This document shows, in pieces, positions 27,081 to 38,778 of a DNA stretch of 64,000 bases (positions within the stretch are counted from its first letter, which is position 1; every line of letters starts with the position of its first letter). The translations under genes and the position numbers were made by a program. This DNA is from Propionibacteriales bacterium (GTDB taxonomy: Bacteria; Actinomycetota; Actinomycetes; Propionibacteriales; Nocardioidaceae), in contig JBBSHN010000004.1 in the NCBI GenBank assembly GCA_038252945.1, positions 357-64,356 of the forward strand. Reading direction: 5' to 3'. The notes under the pieces were generated by a model. It worked only from the letters and a program-made list of their open reading frames with translations, did not search any database and was not told the DNA's origin.

Positions 27081-28595
27081 TCAGTGCCCCGCCTCGGTTC
27101 CGGTGTTGAGGATGCGGATGTTGCGGAATAGAGCGGGTGGGCAGCCGTGGCTCACGGGGGCGACCTGTCCAGGTTGTGCCTTGCCGCAGTTGAAGGCGCC
27201 ATGCAGCACCCACGTGTCGGCTCCGCCCACGGCGTCCATCGCCCCCCAGAAGTCCGTGGTCGTCGCCTGGTACGCCGCGTCGCGCACCTGACCGTGGATC
27301 TCACCGTCGCGGATCTCGAAGAAGCGCTGCCCTGTGAACTGGAAGTTGTAGCGCTGCATGTCAATGCTCCACGACTTGTCACCGACGACGTACAGGCCCC
27401 GGTCGACTCCGGAGACCAAGTCGTCTAGGGACACGTCGGTCGTCGCGGGCTGTAGCGAGACGTTCGCCATCCGTTGAATCGGGATGTGGCCGGGGGAGTC
27501 GGCGAATGCGCAGCCGTTGGATCGCCCGAGCTGCATCAGGGCCGCCATCCGGCGGTCAGTCTGATATCCGACCAGGACTCCGCTGTTGACGATGTCAAAG
27601 GACTGGGACTCCACACCGTCGTCGTCGTAGCCGACGGTCGCGAGCCCGTGCTCAGTGGTGCGGTCACCCACGACGTGCATGTGCTCAGAGCCATAGTGCA
27701 GCGAGCCCAGCTGATCGGGGGTGGCGAACGACGTACCCGCGTAGTTGGCCTCGTAGCCCAACGCCCGGTCGAGCTCGGTGGCGTGGCCGACACTTTCGTG
27801 AATCGTGAGCCACAGGTTGGACGGGTCGATGACGAGGTCGTAGGTGCCCGCCTCGACCGAGTGGGCTGCCAGCTTGGCCGCCAGATGGTCGGGCAGCTCC
27901 GCCAGCTCGGCGGCCCAGTCGTAGCGACCGTCGCCCAGGTACTCCCAGCCGCGGCCGACCGGTGGCGCGATCGTGCGCATGGAGTCGAAGATGCCGCGGC
28001 GACGGTCGACGCCGTAAGCCTCGAGCACCGGATGGAGCCGCACACGCTGCTGCGTCGTCGTCGTTCCAGCGGAGTCGGAGTAGAACTTGTGCTCCCTGAC
28101 CTGGTCGACAACGGCTGACACGTGCGCGACCGACGAGGCGGCCAGCAGGTCGTTGCTCCACTCACGGAGCAGGTCCACCTTGTCAGCGGTCGGGACGGTG
28201 AAGGGGTCGATGTCGTACGCCGACACCCAGGTGGCGTCGTCGTACACGGGCTCGACGGCGAGCTCGATCCGTTCAGTGGTCATGGCTTTGGAGATCCGAG
28301 CGATGCCGACCGCTTGCTCTGTGGCCAGCACCACGTCGTCGGTGGTGAGGGAAACGCCGGCGGCGAAGCCCCAGGTGCCGTCGACGATGACACGCACCCC
28401 GAATCCGGTTTCGTCGTCCTCCGAGGCATCGATGAGTGTGCCGTCTCGCAGCGTCAGGCGCTGGCGGTGCAGCCGTTCGAGACGGAAGTCCGCATGCGTG
28501 GCGTGAAAGTCACGCGCCCGCTCCAGCGCGGTGTCGGCCAGCCGCCGGAGCGGAAGGTCGACGAAGTCGGCGTCGGGAGCCTGAGGAGGCGACAT
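27081..28595 (-). CDS. tldD: TldD-family metalloprotease
   Basis: Track ORF trimmed to ATG28595. 'GFGVRVIVDGTWGFA', 'HESVGHATELD' (HExxxH-type site) and 'CGKAQPGQVAPVSHGCP' are TldD hallmarks. Confidence 0.85.
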   Translation of the reverse strand: MSPPQAPDADFVDLPLRRLADTALERARDFHATHADFRLERLHRQRLTLRDGTLIDASEDDETGFGVRVIVDGTWGFAAGVSLTTDDVVLATEQAVGIARISKAMTTERIELAVEPVYDDATWVSAYDIDPFTVPTADKVDLLREWSNDLLAASSVAHVSAVVDQVREHKFYSDSAGTTTTQQRVRLHPVLEAYGVDRRRGIFDSMRTIAPPVGRGWEYLGDGRYDWAAELAELPDHLAAKLAAHSVEAGTYDLVIDPSNLWLTIHESVGHATELDRALGYEANYAGTSFATPDQLGSLHYGSEHMHVVGDRTTEHGLATVGYDDDGVESQSFDIVNSGVLVGYQTDRRMAALMQLGRSNGCAFADSPGHIPIQRMANVSLQPATTDVSLDDLVSGVDRGLYVVGDKSWSIDMQRYNFQFTGQRFFEIRDGEIHGQVRDAAYQATTTDFWGAMDAVGGADTWVLHGAFNCGKAQPGQVAPVSHGCPPALFRNIRILNTGTEAGH

Positions 28596-28615
28596 GGGGA
28601 TGGAGCCTAACAACG

Positions 28616-29527
28616 TCAGGGCACGACCAGCGGCGCGCTGTGACCGGTGATCCGCTCGGGCCTGGTGTACACGGTTGCGCGGCCCTGCCGCACGAATCCA
28701 CAGATCGTGATACCGGCGCGCTGAGCCAGGTCGACGGCGAGACTCGATGCGCCGCCCACTGCTGCGACCACGCAGATTCGGCCAGCAACCGCTTTGCTGA
28801 CAATGTCGAACCCGACCCGGCCGCTGACGCACAGCATGGCGGTCTCGTCGTAGCTCACCGAACCCAGCGTCCGCGCCCCCAAGACCTTGTCGACGGCGTT
28901 GTGGCGCCCCACGTCTTCCCGTACGACGACGAGGTCTCCGCCGGTGCGAAAGATCCCACCGGCGTGAGCGGCCCCCGTCCGGTCGAAAAGCGGCTGCACT
29001 GAGCGCATCTGCTGCAGCATGTCAGCGAGGGACGACTCGGAAACGCAATGCTCAACACGGAGCGGCTCGGAAGCGGGCGAGAACACCTCGTCCAGACTCT
29101 GCGTGCCGCACACTCCACAGGCACTCGAGACCGCCGTCGAGCGAGCACCTGGCACCCGGGCAGGCGCTTGCCGGAGCGTGACGGTGACGACGTTGTACTG
29201 CTGCGCTGGCTTAAGAGCCTGGTCCAGGCAATAGGCAACGGTCGCTGGACGCTCGCCGAGCCGCAGGGCTCCCTCGCTGAGCAAGAAGCCGCAGGCCAGC
29301 TCGAAGTCGTGGCCCGGAGTTCGCATCACCACGGCCACCCCGAACGGTGGCTGACCGGGCCAGGCCAGGCGCACTTCAAGCGGCTCCTCAGTCACGACCG
29401 TGTCAGGCGCGGTCACTGACACACCATCCCGGGTGCGCGTGACCGACCGTCGGCTGATGGTGCCAGGACGTTTTCGGTCGCTCACTGACGCGCTTTCGTT
29501 GTCACCAGGGCAGGATAAGTTGAGCAT
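28616..29527 (-). CDS. fdhD: Formate dehydrogenase accessory sulfurtransferase FdhD
   Basis: 'SSACGVCG' is the Cys pair, with 'EDVGRHNAVDKV' and 'SGRVGFDIVSKA'. The start is set at ATG29527 (or 29542); the track ORF extends to 29827. Confidence 0.85.
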   Translation of the reverse strand: MLNLSCPGDNESASVSDRKRPGTISRRSVTRTRDGVSVTAPDTVVTEEPLEVRLAWPGQPPFGVAVVMRTPGHDFELACGFLLSEGALRLGERPATVAYCLDQALKPAQQYNVVTVTLRQAPARVPGARSTAVSSACGVCGTQSLDEVFSPASEPLRVEHCVSESSLADMLQQMRSVQPLFDRTGAAHAGGIFRTGGDLVVVREDVGRHNAVDKVLGARTLGSVSYDETAMLCVSGRVGFDIVSKAVAGRICVVAAVGGASSLAVDLAQRAGITICGFVRQGRATVYTRPERITGHSAPLVVP

Positions 29528-29530
29528 GCG

Positions 29531-30229
29531 ATGAACCTCCATCCGCGCACTGGGCTTGCCCGCCCAGTCGAGCTCCCGCCACCCGAGCAGTCGCCACCAT
29601 CGCCACTGCCGGGACTGATGCTCGCCGGAATGCTTGGGGGAGCGTTTGCGGCGCTCACGTGGTTCCTCGCTGGTCCTCTGAACGGGTCGTGGATCGACCG
29701 AGTGCTCAACCGCAAGCACGACATCACCGGCTACATGCCACTTCTGCACGTGCTTGACCGCGTCGGCCAGCGGGCCGTCTGCTTGCCGGTGCTCGCCATT
29801 GTCACTCTCTGGGTGGCGTGGCGGCACCGGTCAGCGCGTCCCGTGTTGCTCTCGGTGTGCGCGGTGCTGGCCGTCAACCTCTTGGTCCTGGTTCTGAAAA
29901 TCTGGTTAGGGCGCGGCGCTCCGCTTGCACACCGCCCCGCGTTCTTCATCAACGGTGAGATGTACCCGAGTGGGCACACCAGCAACATCATCGCTGTCTT
30001 CGGCACGGCGGTGCATCTGTTGTCCCGGTACGGCGACATCACCAATACGGTCCGCAAGGTGCTCTACGCGCTGGTCGCGTTGCTCGCTCTGCTCATGACC
30101 TCGACGTCTCTGCTGTTGCGGTGGCACTGGTTCACCGATCTGATTGCGGGCTTCCTGATCGGCGGGCTCGTGCTGGCCACCACTGTTGCGTTCGACAACG
30201 CCACGCCGTTCGAGTCACCTCGCCGTAGC

Positions 30230-30259
<30 letters not shown>
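29531..30259 (+). CDS. PAP2-family phosphatase (membrane)
   Basis: The three PAP2 motifs are 'LKIWLGRGAP', 'PSGHTS' and 'RWHWFTDLIAG'. The start is uncertain (an internal Met at 29618 is possible). Confidence 0.75.
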
Positions 30260-32704
<2,445 letters not shown>

Positions 32705-32804
32705 GCCGGCGAGCCTAGTGTGGTCGTCGCCCGGGAAGGACCGCGTGTTCCTGCCGGGCGGAGGAGCGGGGGTGGAACTCGGACGGGGGGATTTGCGTCC
32801 GCAC

Positions 32805-32825
32805 CATTATGATGTCATTATGATG
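32805..32825. promoter_or_regulatory. A/T-rich direct repeat CATTATGATG-N1-CATTATGATG in the pepN/ABC divergent promoter region
   Basis: CATTATGATG is at 32805-32814 and again at 32816-32825 (11-bp period). It lies 36 nt upstream of ATG32861. Confidence 0.3.
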
Positions 32826-32860
32826 CGCATGGACGTCACGATACACGAGGAAAGCGTTCG

Positions 32861-33886
32861 ATGTCGTCGGCGGCCGACCCTAGGGTTGCAGACGTGAACG
32901 GAGCGTATGCCGTCGAGGCCGACCGCTTGACCAAGCGGTTTGGCAATACGTTGGCAGTCGACGACGTCAGTTTCGCCGTGCCCCAAGGGTCCGTCGTGGG
33001 GTTGCTCGGTCCCAACGGTGCGGGAAAGACCACCACAGTCCGGATGCTCACGACGCTGAGCGTCCCGACGTCAGGAACCGGACGCGTCGCCGGACACGAC
33101 GTGCGCAAGGAGCCCGACGCGGTGCGCCGCAGCATGGGCCTGACCGGTCAGGTTGCCACGGTCGACGAGCTTTTGACCGGGCGAGAGAACATCCGCCTCA
33201 TCGGTCGGCTGTACGGGCTGCCGTTGAGCTATCTGCGTACAGCAGCGGATCGACTGCTCGAGCAGTTCTCGCTCTCCGACGCCGCCGACCGGATCGCCAA
33301 GACGTACTCCGGCGGGATGCGCCGGCGGCTCGATTTGGCGGTGAGTCTCGTAGCCGCACCACCCGTGCTCTTTCTCGACGAGCCCACGACCGGTCTTGAC
33401 CCTCGCAGTCGGGCTGATCTGTGGTTGCTCCTGCAGGACCTCGTACGCAACGGCACGACGCTGCTCCTCACCACCCAGTATCTGGAGGAGGCCGACACCC
33501 TGGCCGATCAGATCGTCGTGATCGACTCCGGGCGTGTGATCGCCTCCGGCACCCCGAGTGAACTCAAGGAGAAGGCAGGCGCGGCTCGCGTGGTCGTCAC
33601 GGTCTCCAACGCTTCCGACATCGACGGGGCCGGCGCCATTTTGCGTCGATTCAGCTCGGAGGTGCAGGTGGACGAGGCAACGCGCCGTCTCACCGCGGCC
33701 GCCGGATTGAATGAGATGACGCAGATCGCGCAAGTGTTCGCCGACAGCAGAATCGACGTCGACGATCTGGGGCTGAAGCGCCCGAGCTTGGACGACGTGT
33801 TCTTGCACCTCACCGGCCATCCAGCAGAAGAGCAGACCGACGAATCAGCAGCGGGGGAGCGCGAAGTCGTGGAGGCGCTGCGATGA
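32861..33886 (+). CDS. ABC transporter ATP-binding protein (DrrA-like, ABC-2 exporter)
   Basis: Walker A 'GPNGAGKTT', signature 'YSGGMRRRL' and Walker B 'VLFLDEPT'. Confidence 0.9.
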   Translation: MSSAADPRVADVNGAYAVEADRLTKRFGNTLAVDDVSFAVPQGSVVGLLGPNGAGKTTTVRMLTTLSVPTSGTGRVAGHDVRKEPDAVRRSMGLTGQVATVDELLTGRENIRLIGRLYGLPLSYLRTAADRLLEQFSLSDAADRIAKTYSGGMRRRLDLAVSLVAAPPVLFLDEPTTGLDPRSRADLWLLLQDLVRNGTTLLLTTQYLEEADTLADQIVVIDSGRVIASGTPSELKEKAGAARVVVTVSNASDIDGAGAILRRFSSEVQVDEATRRLTAAAGLNEMTQIAQVFADSRIDVDDLGLKRPSLDDVFLHLTGHPAEEQTDESAAGEREVVEALR

Positions 33887-34713
33887 CTGCGCTGAGCAGC
33901 TACGAGGTTCCGCCGCTGGAGCGCCGGTCCTTGCTGCAGCACTCACTCACCGTCGTTTGGCGCAATCTCCTGCACATCCGGCGGATGCCGGAGATGCTGC
34001 TGGACGTCACCATTCAGCCGATCATGTTCGTGCTGCTCTTCGCTTATGTCTTCGGTGGGGCAATTCACGTAGACGGTGCTTCGTACCGGGAATTTCTGCT
34101 CCCCGGAATCATGGCGCAGACCATGGTGTTCTCAGCGGCGGTCGTGGCGATAGGGCTGACCAACGATCTGGAGAAGGGCATCGTCGATCGGTTCAAATCA
34201 CTGCCAATGTCGCGCTGGGCGGTATTGATCGGGCGCAGCGTGTCGAGCCTCATCCACTCCAGCATCGGCATCGTCGTCATGGCTCTCACCGGCCTTGCCG
34301 TCGGTTGGCGGATTCGCAACGGAGTGATCGACGCTGTCGCAGCGTTTGCGCTGCTGGTGTTGTTCGGCTTTGCGATGATCTGGCTCGGAATCTGGGTCGG
34401 ATCGCTCATGCGGTCGGTCGAAGCGGTCCAGGGCTTGGTGTTCACGGTGATGTTTCCGCTCACCTTCGTCGCGAACACCTTCGTGCCCACGGACAACATG
34501 CCGACCTGGCTGAGGGGCATCGCCGAGTGGAATCCCGTCTCCGCACTCACCGGCAGCTGCCGCGAGCTGTGGGGCAACGGACCGGTCGCGCCACCGGGTT
34601 CGTCGTGGCCGCTTCTGCATCCAGAGGTGGCCACGGTCGCCTGGTCGGTCTTGCTTACGGTGGTCTTCGCGCCGTTGGCCATGACCGCATTCCGTCGGCG
34701 TTCCGAGGACTGA
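33883..34713 (+). CDS. ABC-2 type transporter permease
   Basis: ATGA overlap with the ATPase gene. About six hydrophobic segments. 276 aa. Confidence 0.85.
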   Translation: MTALSSYEVPPLERRSLLQHSLTVVWRNLLHIRRMPEMLLDVTIQPIMFVLLFAYVFGGAIHVDGASYREFLLPGIMAQTMVFSAAVVAIGLTNDLEKGIVDRFKSLPMSRWAVLIGRSVSSLIHSSIGIVVMALTGLAVGWRIRNGVIDAVAAFALLVLFGFAMIWLGIWVGSLMRSVEAVQGLVFTVMFPLTFVANTFVPTDNMPTWLRGIAEWNPVSALTGSCRELWGNGPVAPPGSSWPLLHPEVATVAWSVLLTVVFAPLAMTAFRRRSED

Positions 34714-34757
34714 AATGATCGTGGCAAGACCCGGACACACCAGCAGAGGAGCTCGTC

Positions 34758-35324
34758 GTGACAACGCTGTCAGGTCGACCCAACACCGCTTTGATGGTAA
34801 TCGACGTTCAGAACCGCGTCGTCGCCGATGCACACCAGCGTGACGCAGTTGTCGCCAACATCGGCACGCTCGTCGACAAGGCTCGTGAAGAGAGTGTCCC
34901 GATCGTCTGGGTCCAACACAACGATGAGAACCTGGAGAAGGGGAGTGCCGCCTGGGAGTACGTGCCTGAGCTCATCCGCCAGGAGACTGAACCGCTAGTG
35001 CACAAGTCGTTCGGTGACTCCTTCGAGGGCACCGAGTTAGAGGACGTGCTGGCCAAGGGTGGAATCGGACGTCTGCTTGTGGCCGGGGCGCAGACGGATG
35101 AATGCGTCAGGTCCACGATTCATGGCGCTTTTACACGCGGCTACGACGTGACGCTCGTCGGTGACGCACACACGACGGAGGATCAGACTGAGTGGGGTGC
35201 TCCGCCGCCTGACAAGGTTATTGCACACACAAACCTCTACTGGCAGTACCAGGAGGCGCCCGGCCGCACGGCTGGCGTCACCGAGACCAAGGACGTGACA
35301 TTTCAGGTCAGTGAGAAGGGGTAG
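34758..35324 (+). CDS. Isochorismatase-family cysteine hydrolase
   Basis: 'ALMVIDVQN', 'VWVQH' and 'LLVAGAQTDECVRST' (catalytic Cys). Confidence 0.85.
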   Translation: MTTLSGRPNTALMVIDVQNRVVADAHQRDAVVANIGTLVDKAREESVPIVWVQHNDENLEKGSAAWEYVPELIRQETEPLVHKSFGDSFEGTELEDVLAKGGIGRLLVAGAQTDECVRSTIHGAFTRGYDVTLVGDAHTTEDQTEWGAPPPDKVIAHTNLYWQYQEAPGRTAGVTETKDVTFQVSEKG

Positions 35325-35449
35325 GAGAGGCAGCACTTGACATAATGTCGCTTATCGGCGTTCGAACCCTGCGGAGGCATAGCTGCTGGCCGCCGTTGCA
35401 GTCCGTCGGTGAGGATCCTCCCGGCGGGATGGCAAGCCACGCACATCTC

Positions 35450-36256
35450 CTAGCCGAGGTTTCTGTAGACCAAGGCTGCAAAGCTGCGCTGTCCGCGTCG
35501 GTTTGGGTGGTAGGACTCCTCAAGCGGCCAGGACAGGCCGTTGACCCATTCATGAGCAGCGCAGATGGCATGTCGAGCGAACGCCGAGCGTGGGTCAGCG
35601 AAGTCGAAGCCCGCGGCCGTGGAACGAGCGCCGCTCACCTGATCGAGAAGGTCGGCGGTGGCGTTCAATCGGCGCTCCTCCCCTGGGCTGAACCAAGTTC
35701 CCGCGTTGCAGTCCTCACCGTTGAAGAGCCGCGGGTAACCCACGACGACCACGTGCGCGTCAGAAGCATGCCTGCGGACAGCCGCGTAGAGCCGATCGAG
35801 TCGCTTCGGCAAAGTCGTGCTGATATACCGTTTCGCGGCTTTGATCGCGGCGTAGCACTTTTTGGTCGACCGCGGCTCAGCGCAGGCCAGCATGACCGAG
35901 CCAAAGCCCGCATCGTTACCCCCGACGGTGAGGGTCACGTCAGTCGTCTCGGCAGCGAGCCGGGGAACCTGGTCGTGCAGAACGCGATCGACGGTCGCGC
36001 CGGCACATGCGGCAAACGAGAGGCTCGCACCCAACCGATGGGCATCCCGGACCGGATAGGCGTACGGCGAGCGCTTACACGTTCCGGACGCCGGAAAGTA
36101 TGCCCGAGTGCCCACGCCGGACGCGTAGGAGTCGCCCAAGGCAACCAGCTGACGGCTGCTCGCTTCGGCGGCTCGCGGGACAAGCGCGACCACCGCCGTG
36201 ACCATAACGAGCGAGCCGAGCAGCGAAAGTGTGCGCCTACAGCCGGCTGTACTCAT
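35450..36256 (-). CDS. Secreted SGNH/GDSL hydrolase (lipase/esterase-like)
   Basis: GGAGGA lies 5 nt before ATG36256. There is a signal peptide, then block I 'LVALGDSYASG', block III 'VGGNDAG', and a C-terminal 'HPNRRG' (His). Confidence 0.85.
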   Translation of the reverse strand: MSTAGCRRTLSLLGSLVMVTAVVALVPRAAEASSRQLVALGDSYASGVGTRAYFPASGTCKRSPYAYPVRDAHRLGASLSFAACAGATVDRVLHDQVPRLAAETTDVTLTVGGNDAGFGSVMLACAEPRSTKKCYAAIKAAKRYISTTLPKRLDRLYAAVRRHASDAHVVVVGYPRLFNGEDCNAGTWFSPGEERRLNATADLLDQVSGARSTAAGFDFADPRSAFARHAICAAHEWVNGLSWPLEESYHPNRRGQRSFAALVYRNLG

Positions 36257-36392
36257 GGATGTCCTCCTGGTGTGGCGAACTCAGTGAAGCCTCCCGTCTG
36301 TTCCCCTTCCCTGCGGCCTGCTGGCATTATTTGTGGGCGCCGTTTTCGAGCTGACAACAATGTGGAAACCGCGTCGCGTGTCGCCATTCGCC

Positions 36393-36412
36393 GTATCTCA
36401 AATATGAGATAC
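36393..36412. promoter_or_regulatory. Perfect 20-bp palindrome GTATCTCA-AATA-TGAGATAC; candidate operator of the HTH-MurA gene
   Basis: The 8-bp arms are exact reverse complements. The element lies 12-18 nt upstream of the candidate starts (GTG36424/ATG36430) and overlaps a TAnnnT hexamer, TACGCT (36410-36415). Confidence 0.45.
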
Positions 36413-36423
36413 GCTCGCTGGCC

Positions 36424-37959
36424 GTGGTGATGAGCGACAACTATCTCAGCCGGATCGGTAACCTCATCAGGGACGCCCGAACCCACCGGGGATACACCCA
36501 GGCGCAGCTGGCCGATCTTCTCGGTACCAGCCAGAGCGCCATCAATCGCATCGAACGGGGACATCAGAACCTGACCCTCGACATGCTGGCGCGCATCGGT
36601 GAGGCGCTGGACTCCGAGCTCGTCTCACTCGGCAATTTCGGACCCACTCATCTGCGTGTAGTCGGGGAGACCACGCTGTCGGGCTCGATCGACGTCAAGA
36701 CCAGCAAGAACGCCGGAGTTGCGCTGCTCTGCGCCTCCTTGCTCAACCGCGGACGTACGACGCTGCGCAAGGTGGCACGCATCGAGGAGGTCAACCGCAT
36801 CCTCGAAGTGCTCAACAGCATCGGCGTGAAGTCGACGTGGCTGAACGCCGACAACGATCTGGAGCTCATCGCCCCCGATGTGCTCGACCTCTCCGCCATC
36901 GACGCTGCGGCCGCTCGGCGTACCCGCAGCGTCATCATGTTCTTGGGTCCGCTGCTGCACGCCGAGGGAACGTTCTCGCTTCCATACGCGGGAGGGTGCG
37001 ATCTCGGCACTCGCACCGTCGAGCCACATCTGTCAGCGCTCCGGCACTTCGGGCTCGAGGTCCGTGCCACCGAGGGGCAGTACCGCACCACAGTCACTCC
37101 TGGTGCCGGACCGAACCGTCCCATCGTGCTGACCGAGCGAGGCGACACCGTCACTGAGAACGTGCTGCTGGCCGCCGCGCGTCACGACGGAGTCACCATC
37201 ATCCGCAACGCGAGCCCCAACTACATGGTGCAGGACTTGTGCTTCTTCCTCACCAAACTCGGTGTACGCATCGACGGCGTTGGTACGACGACGCTCGTCG
37301 TTCGGGGCGTCAGGGACATCAACGTCGACGTTGATTACGCACCGTCAGAAGACCCGATCGAGGCAATGAGCCTGCTCGCCGCTGCCATCGTCACCTCGTC
37401 GAACATCACCATTCGCCGGGTACCGATCGAGTTCCTCGAGATCGAGCTGGCGCTGCTTGAGGAGATGGGTTTCTCGTACGACCTCAGTCCGGAATATCTC
37501 GCCGGAAACGGGCACACCCGACTTGTTGACCTCACGACGTACCCCTCGCACCTTCACGCGCCGATCGACAAGATTCACCCGATGCCATTCCCGGGGCTGA
37601 ACATCGACAACGTGCCCTTCTTTGCGGTCATCGCCGCGACCGCGCATGGGCAGACGATGATTCACGACTGGGTGTATGAGAACCGGGCCATCTACCTCAC
37701 CGAACTCACCAAGCTCGGTGCGTCGGTCACGCTGCTGGATCCCCATCGAGTGCTGGTCGAGGGCCCAACCCGGTGGTCGGCCGCGGAGCTAATGTGCCCA
37801 CCGGCACTGCGGCCGGCTGTGGTGTTGCTGCTCGCCATGCTCGCCGCCAAAGGCACATCGGTCCTCCGGAACGTCTACGTCATCCACCGGGGCTATGAGG
37901 ACCTCGCCGAGCGGCTCAACGCGCTAGGCGCCCAGATCGAGACCTTCCGAGACAGCTGA
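36424..37959 (+). CDS. XRE-family HTH domain fused to a UDP-N-acetylglucosamine 1-carboxyvinyltransferase (MurA-like enolpyruvyl transferase)
   Basis: The N-terminal 'GYTQAQLADLLGTSQSAINRIERGHQNLTLDMLARIGEAL' is an XRE HTH. The MurA-like part has 'KTSKNAGVALLCASLL' (Lys22 region), 'YAGGCDLGTRTVEPH' (Cys115-loop equivalent) and 'HRGYEDLAERLNALGA' at the C-terminus. The start is GTG36424 or ATG36430. Confidence 0.8.
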   Translation: MVMSDNYLSRIGNLIRDARTHRGYTQAQLADLLGTSQSAINRIERGHQNLTLDMLARIGEALDSELVSLGNFGPTHLRVVGETTLSGSIDVKTSKNAGVALLCASLLNRGRTTLRKVARIEEVNRILEVLNSIGVKSTWLNADNDLELIAPDVLDLSAIDAAAARRTRSVIMFLGPLLHAEGTFSLPYAGGCDLGTRTVEPHLSALRHFGLEVRATEGQYRTTVTPGAGPNRPIVLTERGDTVTENVLLAAARHDGVTIIRNASPNYMVQDLCFFLTKLGVRIDGVGTTTLVVRGVRDINVDVDYAPSEDPIEAMSLLAAAIVTSSNITIRRVPIEFLEIELALLEEMGFSYDLSPEYLAGNGHTRLVDLTTYPSHLHAPIDKIHPMPFPGLNIDNVPFFAVIAATAHGQTMIHDWVYENRAIYLTELTKLGASVTLLDPHRVLVEGPTRWSAAELMCPPALRPAVVLLLAMLAAKGTSVLRNVYVIHRGYEDLAERLNALGAQIETFRDS

Positions 37960-37965
37960 CCTCGT

Positions 37966-38613
37966 TCAAGGCGTCCGGTTTCCGAGCGAGCCGATGAGGG
38001 TGGCTCCCCCGTCAGCAAGCCGATACGACATGCCCACGACTGCACAGGAACCGGCGTTGACCGCGGCTGCGAGAACTTCGGACTGCTCCTGCAGCTGAGC
38101 CACTGTCTGCTCGACGTGCACCTTCGCGAAACCGTCGACGTCACCGATGCCCCGAGCCCTTGCTCGCTCGATGCTCGGGGTGACGGCCTTCACGACAGTG
38201 GCAACGAATCCCGACGGCTGGGCGCGACCGGTTGCGGCGTCGAGAGCAGTCGCCACAGCCCCGCAGGAGCTGTGGCCGAGCACCACGACGAGTGGAGTCC
38301 GCAAAACCGTGACCGCGTATTCGATACTGCCGAGAACCTCTGCTCCCACCGTGTGTCCGACCGTCCGTACGACGAACAGGTCCCCAAGGCCTTGGTCGAA
38401 GATGATCTCCGCGGCCAGCCGAGAGTCTGAGCATCCAAATATCACGGCAAACGGAGACTGCGCGTCCGCCAACGCCGCCCGATGCGCCGCGTCCTGGTTG
38501 GGATGAAGCGCAGCGCCGCCGACAAATCTCTCGTTGCCATGACGGAGCGCGGTAAGCGCCGCTCCAGGTGTGGTCGGCCGCTCAGACAGCCGCGTAGTCA
38601 CCTTGGCGGCCAC
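37966..38613 (-). CDS. Beta-class carbonic anhydrase
   Basis: Zinc-ligand motifs 'FGCSDSR' and 'GHSSCGAV'. 215 aa. Confidence 0.9.
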   Translation of the reverse strand: MAAKVTTRLSERPTTPGAALTALRHGNERFVGGAALHPNQDAAHRAALADAQSPFAVIFGCSDSRLAAEIIFDQGLGDLFVVRTVGHTVGAEVLGSIEYAVTVLRTPLVVVLGHSSCGAVATALDAATGRAQPSGFVATVVKAVTPSIERARARGIGDVDGFAKVHVEQTVAQLQEQSEVLAAAVNAGSCAVVGMSYRLADGGATLIGSLGNRTP

Positions 38614-38713
38614 GTTGGGCAGGTACGACTTTTTGCCATGTTCGTCACCTCGATGGCCTCCATTCGTCTTAGCGCCATCATCGGCGCGTCTCAGTGTCAG
38701 TTCAGGTGCTCTG

Positions 38714-38739
38714 GGAATGATGGGACTAGCTGAAGCGTT
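38714..38739 (+). promoter_or_regulatory. ECF sigma (SigR/SigH/SigE-type) promoter GGAAT-N18-GTT upstream of rbpA
   Basis: GGAAT is at 38714-38718, an exactly 18-nt spacer follows, and GTT is at 38737-38739. It lies 40 nt upstream of ATG38779. Confidence 0.5.
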
Positions 38740-38778
38740 GGCAAAGATGTCCGTCGCAAACGATTGATCGGGGAGCGC

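Noticed and set aside
28596-28832. A 79-codon upstream extension of tldD. Similar extensions exist for fdhD (29528-29827), lnt (42001-42399), tatA (57604-57798), FKBP (60560-60700), kdd (47778-47807) and NUDIX (62597-63085).
   Set aside because: The extensions are Arg-rich and low quality. They overlap neighbouring genes or lack family similarity. Internal starts line up with conserved N-termini, RBSs or stop/start coupling.
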